NCBI GenBank assembly: GCA_965248575.1
Contig: CBDFJQ010000002.1
Coordinates: forward strand, 4,768,001 to 4,832,000
From: Planctomycetota bacterium
GTDB lineage: Bacteria; Planctomycetota; B15-G4
Direction of reading: 5' to 3'
Length of the DNA stretch: 64,000 nt
A program made the position numbers and the translations under genes. A model generated the notes under the pieces. That model searched no databases. It was given only the letters and a program-made list of their open reading frames with translations, and was not told where the DNA came from. Of the stretch, positions 18,730-27,926 are shown in pieces (position 1 is the stretch's first letter; every line of letters begins with the position of its first letter).

Positions 18730-19560
18730 CTACAGCCGCCCGCTGCAGACCTTGCAGAAGGTCGCGTCCGCGTCGTGCCCTTCACTCGAGCAGTCGGGGC
18801 AGACCTGCGTGGAGACGCTCGTGCGCTTCGCCGAGGCCCACTCGGCTGAGATGATCCCACCGGGGATGATCAGGATGCTGTAGCCCAGGAGCATGACCAC
18901 CGCGGCCACCAGCTTGCCGACCGGCGTGATGGGCGAGATGTCGCCGTAGCCCACCGTGGTCACTGTCACCACCGCCCAATAGATGCCTTGCGGGATGGAG
19001 GTGAAGCCGCTCCCCTCGCCCTCGATCAGGTACATCGCCGAGCCGACGATGCAGATGATGATCAGCACCGCCGTGAAGAACACGATGATCTTGGGCCGGC
19101 TGGACGCGAGAGCACGCCGCAGTTGCGCGGCCTCCGACAGGAACTGCGCCAGCTTGAAGACGCGGAACACGCGCAGCAGCCGCAGCGAGCGCACCACCGC
19201 TCCGTGTCGCCAGCCGATGTCCACCAGCAACAGGTAGCTGGGCAGGATGGCCAGGAAGTCCACGATGCCGAAGAAGCTGAAGACGTAACCGAGCTTGCGC
19301 CGCACGCACAGCAAGCGCAGCACATACTCGACGGTGAACAGCCCGGTGAACACCCACTCGGCGCCCACCAGCAGGGCCTCGTGCTTCACGCGAACCGCCG
19401 TCACGCTTTCGAGCATGGCCACCAGCACGCTCAGCACGATGACGATCAGCAGCACCACGTCGAACAGCTTCCCCGCGGGCGTCTCCGCCTCGAAGATGAC
19501 GGAGTGCAACCGATGCCGCCAGGGGGCCAGGTTGTCGTCGGGTGATGTCGCCGCGGTCAT
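18730..19560 (-). CDS. Voltage-gated-type potassium channel (ion transporter)
   Basis: S4 RSLRLLRVFRVFKL; filter TTVGYGD; C-terminal CxxC...CxxC. Confidence 0.93.
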   Translation of the reverse strand: MTAATSPDDNLAPWRHRLHSVIFEAETPAGKLFDVVLLIVIVLSVLVAMLESVTAVRVKHEALLVGAEWVFTGLFTVEYVLRLLCVRRKLGYVFSFFGIVDFLAILPSYLLLVDIGWRHGAVVRSLRLLRVFRVFKLAQFLSEAAQLRRALASSRPKIIVFFTAVLIIICIVGSAMYLIEGEGSGFTSIPQGIYWAVVTVTTVGYGDISPITPVGKLVAAVVMLLGYSILIIPGGIISAEWASAKRTSVSTQVCPDCSSEGHDADATFCKVCSGRL

Positions 19561-19639
19561 GGAGCGCGATGGTAGCGCGGCGCGGGGGCAGGTTCGACTG
19601 CCGGAGCACCCGGCACCGGGTTGCAGGCACTTCGTGCGA

Positions 19640-20050
19640 TCAGGGCGTCGCCGCCGTCACCGCGTTGGACAGCGTGATCCCGTGCACCGTCGAGAGGTCC
19701 TGCGCCAGGAATTGCAGCCATAAATCGACGCCTGACGGGAGGCCCGCTGGCCACACGAGCGACTGACTCCAGGTGCCTTCACCGTCGGTGAAGCGCAGGA
19801 ACTGCGAGTTGGGCGGGAACGCGTGGATCGTGCCGCCAAAGTAGGCCGTCGGCAGTGAGCTGAAGGAGAGCCACGCGAGCATCGTCGCGAAGGGCGCTGC
19901 GTGCTCGAGACCCAGCGACAGCGTCTCGCCCGCCTGCAGCGAACCCTTGGGAGTCAGTACGGGCACGCCGCGCAGGCCGGCCACACCGCCGTGCAGGTTC
20001 GTCCAGGCCGTCGGCTTCTGGCTGAGGAGGGTGGCGAGCTCGTCATTCAT
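19640..20050 (-). pseudogene. Isolated C-terminal module of a secreted protein (N-terminus missing)
   Basis: Clearly similar to the C-terminus of 9272..11812 (MLAWLSFSS, GGTIHAFPPN, WPAG, LSNA...TP*); no signal peptide. Confidence 0.6.
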
Positions 20051-20488
20051 GAAGAACACCTGCCTCCTGCCGGCGAGAGCAGCACCGTGGAGAGGGGCGG
20101 GGTCCATGTGGAGTTCTTGAGGCTGGCGCACGGCGGGCGTTTCCAGGGCATCCAAAACCTGGGGCACATCATCACGCTCGGAGGGCAACGGGTGTTGCAC
20201 CTGGGGGATGCGGCGACCCGCCTGGAGAACTATGAGCCTTACGCCCTGAGCGAGCGTTCGCTGGACGTAGCCTTGGTGCCCTACTGGTTCTTCCTGGAAG
20301 CCGGTGGTCGACAATTGGTGGACGAGCATCTCCACGCACGGCACATCATCGCCTGTCATATCCCCGCAGCGGACCGGGATGAGGTCGCAGAGCAACTGGC
20401 GAAGACCGATCCGCGGGTGATCGTTCCGAGGTCGCCTTCGGAGCAGGGCTTGGAGTCTTGGACGATCGCTCCGTCAACGGCGCGTTGA
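20050..20488 (+). pseudogene. C-terminal half of an MBL-fold metallo-hydrolase
   Basis: LRLAHG, RVLHLGD, LDVALVPYW, IIACHI retained; HxHxDH motif and start absent. Confidence 0.6.
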
Positions 20489-20739
20489 CTGAAGGATGGG
20501 TGACTGCGTCCGGCTTCAACTGCGCGCTTGTTGGCTGCGCACAGAACGGGTGTTCCCGGAACATCGGTTCACGAACCATGACGTGGAGTGCTGCGGTGAA
20601 CTGCGCGAATCGGTTTCAGTTCCAACCTTGCAGCGTCGCAGTGATGTCTTAGGCTCCTGGGGCATCTCCGGGCAGAGGTGCAGGTCGTCGTCACCCCGAT
20701 CGATGGCCAGTCGTCATTCCTTGGAGGAGGTTTGCGAAC

Positions 20740-23700
20740 ATGCGTGGGATCCATTGCGTCGTTGCGTCGTTGGGCATCGTCTTGCTCATGGCCAGTACAA
20801 CCTTGGGACAATCCCAGGGGGCTACAGCACCTGGTCTTCGTCCGGTTCAAGGCAGCGCTGTTACGCCGGGCCCGTCTCAAGCGGCGCCGGTCCACGACAT
20901 GTCGTGGTACCCGCACGAGATTCGCCCGCCATTCCTCGGCGAACTCTACGAGCACGAGGACACGCTCGACGTCGTCTACGCGGGTTCGGCGACCTTCACC
21001 ATCGGCGACCCACCGCGCATCCCATCGGCGCTGCGAAAGCCCGTCGACCTCGAGCAGTTCGAGCCGGGATATTTCATCCTGCACTTCGAGGCGGACCTTC
21101 GCCCCCAAGACAAGGGCCACGTGGATGAGCTGACCGGTCGCGTGACCCGCACCGACGGCACGAGCCTCGCTCGTTGGTATCTCCCCAACAACGCGGTCAT
21201 CGCCTGGGTGGACACGCCCGAGCTTCTCGACCGCCTCGACAATGAGAACCACATCGACTGGGTGGGGCGCTATGAGCCCGCTTACAAACTGGACCCGTCC
21301 ATGGGGTCCGCGCAGTTGACGAGCCCGCACCGAGTGGGCCGCCACGTGTGGCAGTTGAACATCGACATCATTCCGGGCCATCGGTTCGAAGCGATCGAGA
21401 CGGAGCTCGCGATCCTCGGCGTGAGCGTGCTGCAGCGCGTCGATCTGCGCGGTGCTCGCACTCATGACCAGCAGTTCCTGGTGGTCGCCGCCAGCTCTCG
21501 CCAGATCACGGCCATCGCAGGTATCGAGGGCGTGCGCATGATCCAGGAGAGCGGCGACGGCCCTGCACTGTATGACCTCAGCGGTGGCGGCAAGCTCCAG
21601 AACCGCCAGCTTGCGGTGGACGATGGGGCGGATTCACCCATCGTCGCCGCTAGCACCTTCCCCTTGTGGCTGACCCACAACCTCCAGGGGCAAGGGCAGG
21701 TGATCGGCGTGGTGGACACCTCCTTCGACTGGAACAACAGCGGGACAGCCGGGTGCGCGACGGGCTACCCCGACATCGCCATCGACAACTACGGCATGGC
21801 CCTGCCCAACCTATCTCGCGTGGCGATCCCCGCCGTGGGATCTGGCGGAGTCAACCTGAAGATCCCGCGTGCCGACCTGCTGGGCGGCGCCACCTTGCAG
21901 GGCAGCTCTGCTGGCGAGCACGGTGCAGGCGTCGCGGGGGCGGCGCTGGCCGACTTCTACGGCAACAACGACGTCAAGTGGTGGGAGCACGACCCCGACA
22001 CCTGGGACTCCTGGGCCCCGACGAACTACTCCGGGCTGTTGGGCCCTGGCCTCGCCCACGAGGCACAGCTCTATGCGACGCCCGCCTTGGACAGCAATGG
22101 CGGCTTCCGTTGGGAGAGCCCCGGCGAGTTCCCAACGAACATGAGCATCACGCTCAACAACATGGCTGCCGCTGGGGTCTCCACCTCCGCTCACAGCCTG
22201 GGCATCGTCGAGTCCGCGAACACCTACACGCAGACGTCCGTGGCGCATGACACGGCGGCTTTCGACAACCCGGACATGCTGCAGTTCATTGCAGCGGGAA
22301 ATGATGGTGCCGGCAGCAACAAGCTCTCCTCGCAGGCCGTGGTCAAGAACGGCATGACCGTGGGCGCGAGCGATGACGTGCTGAAGCCCGAGGACCGGGC
22401 CACCTTCTCCAGCACCGGGCCGCGTTTTGACGGTGGTCTCAAGCCCGACATCATGGCGCCCGGCACAGACACGTTCGGCCGGGCCGGTGGTGTGCAGTCG
22501 TTGCTGATCCTGCCGCAAAGCAACGGGACGTCGAGTGCGTCCTGCAGCTACCAGTACACGAGCGGCACGAGCTTCAGCGCACCCACCGCCGCGGGCGCAG
22601 GTGCCCTGGTGCATCAGTACTACGAGGAAGGGCGCTACCTCGGCTTCAATCCTCTCAACGATGCCTCGGCCGCGCTCATCAAGGCCACGCTCGTGAATGC
22701 GGGCCACCGCCTCACGGGGGCCAACCTCGGCAACGGCAACTACCCCAATGACTACCAGGGTTGGGGTGAGCCCAACCTGAGCGAGGTGCTCGATTTCGGC
22801 CTCGGGACCCGCCACCTCATCGCGCAGGACGTGCCCAGCGCGGCAGGTTTCACCTCGGGCGGCGATTCGAATGACGTCTGGGCCTTCAACGTGAACGGCT
22901 CGGGTGACGGCCTCAAGGTCTCGCTGGCCTGGACCGACGAACCGGGCAGTACCGGCAGCGGCAAGAAGTTGATCAACGACCTGCACCTGCTGGTGACCAG
23001 CCCGGGTGGGACGGTCTACCGCGGCAACGTCATCAACGGCAGCACCGGCCTCTCGACCAGCGGTGGAACGGCAGACACGCTCAACAACCTTGAGAACGTG
23101 ATCCTGTCGGCGCCTGCAACCGGCGCTTGGACGGCCACCATCGATCCTGGCTCCGGCAACTACTCAGTGCCTCAAGGTTACGCGCTCGTGATCACGGGCA
23201 ACGTCTCGGAGGGCACGCCTCCGTCAGCGCCGGTGGCTGACTTCTCGGGTGCTCCCACGAGCGGTGAGGCTCCGGTACTGGTCAGCTTCACCGATCTCTC
23301 GAGCGGGACCGTCTCGAGCTGGTCGTGGAACTTTGGCGATGGTGGTACGTCGACGGCGCAGAACCCGACGCATACCTACACCTCTGCGGGAACCTACAAC
23401 GTCTCCCTGACGGCGACGGGTCCTGGCGGTTCGGACGGCGTGACCAAGAACGGCTACGTCAACGTGACAGCGCCTCCGGTGGCGCCGGTGGCCGAGTTCA
23501 GTGGTTCGCCCACCAGCGGTACCTCACCCCTGAATGTGAGCTTCGCCGACCTGTCGACGGGATCCGTGTCGAGCTGGTCCTGGACCTTCGGGGACGGAGG
23601 CACGTCCACGGCTCAGAATCCGTCACACACCTACAACACGGCAGGCAGCTACACCGTGACTCTCACGGCGACGGGGCCAGGTGGATCGGACGGCGAGACC

Positions 23701-25284
23701 AAGGTCGGGTACATCTCCGTCAGTGCTCCCCCTGTGCCGCCCACGGCTGAGTTCAGTGGCTCACCGACCAGTGGCAACACGCCGCTCAACGTGAGCTTCA
23801 GTGACCTGTCGAGCGGTGATGTGACGGGCTGGTCGTGGACCTTTGGCGATGGAGGCAGCTCGACGGCGCAGAATCCGGCGCACACCTACACGGTGGCGGG
23901 CACCTATGACGTGACCCTCACCGCGACCGGGCCAGCGGGTTCGGACGGCGAGACCAAGCTCGGCTACATCACGGTGGGTTCGCCGCCCGCCGGCCCCACG
24001 GCAGAGTTCAGCGGCACACCCACGAGTGGCGACTCCCCACTGCTGGTGAGCTTCAGTGACCTGTCCACGGGCTCCGTGACGAGTTGGTCGTGGACGTTTG
24101 GTGATGGGGGAACGTCGACGGCGCAGAACCCCTCGTACACCTACACCTCGGCGGGTAGCTACTCCGTGACCCTCACGGCAACAGGCCCCGGAGGTTCCGA
24201 TGGAGAGACCAAGAGCGGCTACGTCACCGTGACGGCGCCACCCGTGGCTCCCACAGCGGAGTTCAGCGGCACCCCGACCAGCGGGACGAGCCCGTTGTTG
24301 GTCAACTTCACCGACCTGTCGTCGGGCGATGTGACGAGCTGGTCGTGGACCTTTGGAGATGGAGGGACGTCGACGGCGCAGAATCCATCGCACACCTACA
24401 CCGCCGCAGGCACCTACAACGTGTCGCTCACGGCCAGCGGGCCTGCCGGCTCTGATGGAGAGACGAAGACGGGATACGTCGTCGTGAGCGACCCGCCCAC
24501 CGGGGGCGCGCTCTGGTACATGTCCTTCACCTCAGGAACTTCGGTCCCCGGGGTGGGGAATGTGGCTGACGAGGACGTGGTCACCTACGACCCGGCGACG
24601 GGGGTCTGGGCTCGGATCTTCGACGGCAGCGATGTGGGCGTCACGCAAGACGTCAACGCCTTGCACGTCTTGTCCGATGGTTCCTTGCTGCTCTCCTTCA
24701 ACGCGGCCATCAGCATCCCCGGTCTCGTGGGCGGGCCCAGTGGCGAGAGCGTCGATGACAGCGACCTCGTGATCTTTACCTTCACCCAATCGGGCAACAA
24801 CACCGCCGGTTCCTTCCAGTTCGTCTTCGACGGCAGCGACGTCGGCATGACGAGCAATGGAGAGGACATCGACGGTGTGTACGAGTTCCCGGAAGGTGGG
24901 CTGGCCATCTCCACGCAGGGCAGCGCCGGAGTCACGGGTTTGTCGGGCGTGCGGGACGAGGACGTCATGCTGTTCACGGCGACCCAGTACGGGTCGACGA
25001 CAATCGGCTCGTTCTCGGCGATGTTCGACGGCAGCGATGTCGGTTTCAACAACAGCGGCGGTGAGGACCTGTCGGCCGTGACCTTTGACAGCGCGCTGGA
25101 CCTGCTGTTCTCGACCGTAGGCTCCTGGTCCGCCTCGGGCGGCTCCGGCGCCGATGAAGATGTCGGAAGGTTCAGCGGCACCTATGGCACGAGCACCTCG
25201 GGTTCGGCATCGCTGGAGCTGGATCTCTCAGCCTTGGGAATCTCCACCAACGAGGACATCGATGGCTTGCACTTCCGCGAGTAG
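20740..25284 (+). CDS. Secreted S8 (subtilisin-like) serine peptidase with five PKD domains
   Basis: VVDT, EHGAGVAG, AAGNDG, KPDIMAPG, SGTSFSAP; PKD motifs W-x-W-x-FGDG. Confidence 0.93.
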   Translation: MRGIHCVVASLGIVLLMASTTLGQSQGATAPGLRPVQGSAVTPGPSQAAPVHDMSWYPHEIRPPFLGELYEHEDTLDVVYAGSATFTIGDPPRIPSALRKPVDLEQFEPGYFILHFEADLRPQDKGHVDELTGRVTRTDGTSLARWYLPNNAVIAWVDTPELLDRLDNENHIDWVGRYEPAYKLDPSMGSAQLTSPHRVGRHVWQLNIDIIPGHRFEAIETELAILGVSVLQRVDLRGARTHDQQFLVVAASSRQITAIAGIEGVRMIQESGDGPALYDLSGGGKLQNRQLAVDDGADSPIVAASTFPLWLTHNLQGQGQVIGVVDTSFDWNNSGTAGCATGYPDIAIDNYGMALPNLSRVAIPAVGSGGVNLKIPRADLLGGATLQGSSAGEHGAGVAGAALADFYGNNDVKWWEHDPDTWDSWAPTNYSGLLGPGLAHEAQLYATPALDSNGGFRWESPGEFPTNMSITLNNMAAAGVSTSAHSLGIVESANTYTQTSVAHDTAAFDNPDMLQFIAAGNDGAGSNKLSSQAVVKNGMTVGASDDVLKPEDRATFSSTGPRFDGGLKPDIMAPGTDTFGRAGGVQSLLILPQSNGTSSASCSYQYTSGTSFSAPTAAGAGALVHQYYEEGRYLGFNPLNDASAALIKATLVNAGHRLTGANLGNGNYPNDYQGWGEPNLSEVLDFGLGTRHLIAQDVPSAAGFTSGGDSNDVWAFNVNGSGDGLKVSLAWTDEPGSTGSGKKLINDLHLLVTSPGGTVYRGNVINGSTGLSTSGGTADTLNNLENVILSAPATGAWTATIDPGSGNYSVPQGYALVITGNVSEGTPPSAPVADFSGAPTSGEAPVLVSFTDLSSGTVSSWSWNFGDGGTSTAQNPTHTYTSAGTYNVSLTATGPGGSDGVTKNGYVNVTAPPVAPVAEFSGSPTSGTSPLNVSFADLSTGSVSSWSWTFGDGGTSTAQNPSHTYNTAGSYTVTLTATGPGGSDGETKVGYISVSAPPVPPTAEFSGSPTSGNTPLNVSFSDLSSGDVTGWSWTFGDGGSSTAQNPAHTYTVAGTYDVTLTATGPAGSDGETKLGYITVGSPPAGPTAEFSGTPTSGDSPLLVSFSDLSTGSVTSWSWTFGDGGTSTAQNPSYTYTSAGSYSVTLTATGPGGSDGETKSGYVTVTAPPVAPTAEFSGTPTSGTSPLLVNFTDLSSGDVTSWSWTFGDGGTSTAQNPSHTYTAAGTYNVSLTASGPAGSDGETKTGYVVVSDPPTGGALWYMSFTSGTSVPGVGNVADEDVVTYDPATGVWARIFDGSDVGVTQDVNALHVLSDGSLLLSFNAAISIPGLVGGPSGESVDDSDLVIFTFTQSGNNTAGSFQFVFDGSDVGMTSNGEDIDGVYEFPEGGLAISTQGSAGVTGLSGVRDEDVMLFTATQYGSTTIGSFSAMFDGSDVGFNNSGGEDLSAVTFDSALDLLFSTVGSWSASGGSGADEDVGRFSGTYGTSTSGSASLELDLSALGISTNEDIDGLHFRE
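23227..24501 (+). repeat. Five tandem 255-bp PKD-domain units
   Basis: Units start at 23227, 23482, 23737, 23992 and 24247. Confidence 0.92.
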
Positions 25285-25309
25285 AGCCTGAGCAATTCCC
25301 GGAGTTCGT

Positions 25310-25343
25310 CTCGGGGCGGTCACTTTCGGGTGGCCGCCCCGAG
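25310..25343 (+). terminator. Strong hairpin after the S8 gene (terminator or stability element)
   Basis: 15-bp stem with two G-U pairs and a UUCG loop; no U tract. Confidence 0.6.
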
Positions 25344-25378
25344 TGCGTATCGTCCTGCCTCCTCCCAGGAGTCACCCC

Positions 25379-25777
25379 ATGAACAACGTCGAGCGTGTGC
25401 AGGGCATCTACGAGGCCTTCGGCCGGGGTGACATCCCCGCAGTGCTCGCCGCCCTGGCGGCGGATGTCTCCTGGAGCGAGGCAGAGGGCAACCCCTACCA
25501 GCCCACGGGTGCGCCCTGGGTCGGCCCCGAGCAAGTGATGGAGCGTCTCTTCGTGAGGCTGGGCAGCGAGTGGGACGGCTTCTCGGCGAAGGTCGAGCAG
25601 CTGCACGATGCGGGGCAGACCGTCGTCGCCGAGGGGCGCTACACGGGCACCTTCCTGGCCACGGGCCAGGCGCTGGATGCTCAGATGTGCCATGCCTGGA
25701 CCTTCCGGGACGGGAAGGTCACCCGCTTCCAACAGTATCTGGACACAGCGCAGATGTGCGCCGCCATGCAGGGCTGA
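25379..25777 (+). CDS. SnoaL-like / NTF2 family protein
   Basis: YEAFGRGDI, HAWTFRDGKVTRFQQYLDT; AGGAG RBS. Confidence 0.9.
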   Translation: MNNVERVQGIYEAFGRGDIPAVLAALAADVSWSEAEGNPYQPTGAPWVGPEQVMERLFVRLGSEWDGFSAKVEQLHDAGQTVVAEGRYTGTFLATGQALDAQMCHAWTFRDGKVTRFQQYLDTAQMCAAMQG

Positions 25778-25892
25778 GGCCGACTCCCGAGAAGCGGGGG
25801 GCGCGGGCCGAGGGGCATCCCGGCTAGAATGTCGCGCCCTTGGGGGGCGCCATGGGTCATCGGCCCAGCCCCTCCTGACCTCGGAGCTCTGC

Positions 25893-27062
25893 TTGATCAC
25901 TCTCCTCCACAACGCTGAACTCTTCGCACCCCAGGCGATGGGCCGCAACACGCTGGCCATCGCCGGTGGGCTGCTGCTGGGCATCGGCCCCGGGGAAGCC
26001 CGCTGGTCGGGGCCTTGTGATGTGGACGAGCGCGACCTGGGGGGCGCCCGGGTGATCCCCGGTTTCGTGGACGGGCATGCTCACACCAGCGGTGGCGGAG
26101 GTGAGGCCGGGCCAGAGACGCGCGTGCCTGCGCCGCTGCTCTCGAACTTCACCCGCGCGGGTGTCACCAGCGTGGTGGGGCTGCTGGGCACGGATGCCGA
26201 GACCCGCAGCATGGAAGAGCTGCTGGCGCACACCAGGGCGCTGCGCGCCGAGGGGCTGGGGGCGTGGTGCTACACCGGCGGCTACCATCTGCCAGCCTGC
26301 ACCCTGACGGGGAGCGCGCGCGGCGACATCGTGCAGCTGGATCCCGTGCTTGGGGTGGGCGAGTTGGCGTTGTCAGACTTCCGCTCCAGCCAGCCGACCC
26401 TGGACGAGCTATTGCGCATCGCCTCCGAGGCGCAGGTGGGTGGCATGTTGAGCGGCAAAGCGGGCGTGCTGCACCTGCACATGGGCGACGGCGCGCGAGG
26501 TCTCGACCTCGTGCGACAGGCCATGAAGCAGAGCGAGCTGCCGGCGCGGGTCTTCAACCCGACCCACGTGAACCGCCAACCTGCTCTGTTCGAGGAGGCG
26601 CTGGAGCTGGCGAAGGCCGGCTGCGTCATCGACCTCACCTGCTTCCCCGTGGGCGAGGACGACCCGGCCCTGCCAGCTGAAGAGGCTCTTGCGGCCTATC
26701 TGGATGCGGGCTTGCCCGCGCACAGGATCACCATGAGTTCGGACAGCGGTGGCTGTCTGCCGCGCTTCGACTCCGAGGGGTCCATGACCCACATGGACGT
26801 GGCCGATGCAGGCTGCCTGTCCGCCACGCTGGCGAAGCTCTTGGCTGCCGGGCGGTCGCTCGAGAGCGTCCTGCCCGCCTTCACCTCGAACCCGGCCCGG
26901 CATCTCAAGCTCAAGGGCAAGGGGCGCCTGGACCCGGGTTGCGACGCCGACCTCGTGGTGCTGGGAAACAACGACCTTCCGCGCAGCGTGATGGTCGCGG
27001 GCCGCTGGCACATGCTCGATGGTGAGCTGTGTCGAAGCGGCAGCTTTGAATCACAAGACTAG
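25893..27062 (+). CDS. iadA: Beta-aspartyl peptidase (isoaspartyl dipeptidase)
   Basis: PGFVDGHAHTSGGGGEAG, GLLGTD, YTGGY, GELALSDFRSSQPT, PTHVNR; TTG start after GGAG. Confidence 0.92.
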   Translation: MITLLHNAELFAPQAMGRNTLAIAGGLLLGIGPGEARWSGPCDVDERDLGGARVIPGFVDGHAHTSGGGGEAGPETRVPAPLLSNFTRAGVTSVVGLLGTDAETRSMEELLAHTRALRAEGLGAWCYTGGYHLPACTLTGSARGDIVQLDPVLGVGELALSDFRSSQPTLDELLRIASEAQVGGMLSGKAGVLHLHMGDGARGLDLVRQAMKQSELPARVFNPTHVNRQPALFEEALELAKAGCVIDLTCFPVGEDDPALPAEEALAAYLDAGLPAHRITMSSDSGGCLPRFDSEGSMTHMDVADAGCLSATLAKLLAAGRSLESVLPAFTSNPARHLKLKGKGRLDPGCDADLVVLGNNDLPRSVMVAGRWHMLDGELCRSGSFESQD

Positions 27063-27104
27063 ACAGACGCCGTTCCCCGAAGACTGCAGCGAGACGCACT
27101 CATC

Positions 27105-27926
27105 ATGTCACGTGGCTATTTGATCCCGATTGGTGGCGCCGAAGACAAGATCCGCCAATCGACGATTCTGAAGAGGTTCACGACAATCGCCGGCGGTGAG
27201 AAGGCGCGGATCGTGATCATCCCAACAGCATCGCGCCTGACTGATACGGCTTCGCGTTACGAGGCGGTCTTCCGGGAGATCGGCGTGGGGACGGTGGAGT
27301 CTTTGCCGTTCGAGGAGCGCGGCGACTGCAAGCGCGCCGACTACCTGGAGATCCTCGAGTCGGCCACGGGGGTGTTCATGACAGGCGGCAACCAGCTCCG
27401 GCTCTCCACCACACTGGGCGGCACGCCCGTGGCGGAGATGATGCGGGAGCGCCACCAGTCAGACGGGCTGCACGTTGCGGGGACCTCGGCCGGCGCGTCC
27501 TTCATGGCAGAGCACATGATCGCGGGCGGCGAGGAGGGCTCGACGCCACGCAGCGACATGGTGACGCTGGTGCCAGGCTTGGGCCTGACCCATTCCATGA
27601 TCGTCGACCAGCACTTCCGGCAACGCGACCGCTTGGGTCGCTTGCTGACATCGATTGCCTACAACCCTCGGCCCATCGGGGTCGGCCTGGACGAGGACAC
27701 GGCGGCCTTCATCGACCCAGAAGACACCTTGGAGGTGGTGGGCAGCGGCGCGATTACGGTCGTCGACCCCTCCGAGATGGAGTTCTCGTCGATGGATTCC
27801 GCGAGTCGCCACGACCCGGTCTGCTTGATCAATATCCGCTTGCACGTCCTCGTGGAGGGCGGCACCTACGATATCGAGACGCGCCAGGCCCGTCGGGCCG
27901 CGGTGGTCTCTGGGGAAACCGAATGA
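27105..27926 (+). CDS. cphB: Cyanophycinase
   Basis: IGGAEDK, IIPTAS, TGGNQLRL, GTSAGA, DQHFRQRDRLGRL, GLDEDT. Confidence 0.95.
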   Translation: MSRGYLIPIGGAEDKIRQSTILKRFTTIAGGEKARIVIIPTASRLTDTASRYEAVFREIGVGTVESLPFEERGDCKRADYLEILESATGVFMTGGNQLRLSTTLGGTPVAEMMRERHQSDGLHVAGTSAGASFMAEHMIAGGEEGSTPRSDMVTLVPGLGLTHSMIVDQHFRQRDRLGRLLTSIAYNPRPIGVGLDEDTAAFIDPEDTLEVVGSGAITVVDPSEMEFSSMDSASRHDPVCLINIRLHVLVEGGTYDIETRQARRAAVVSGETE

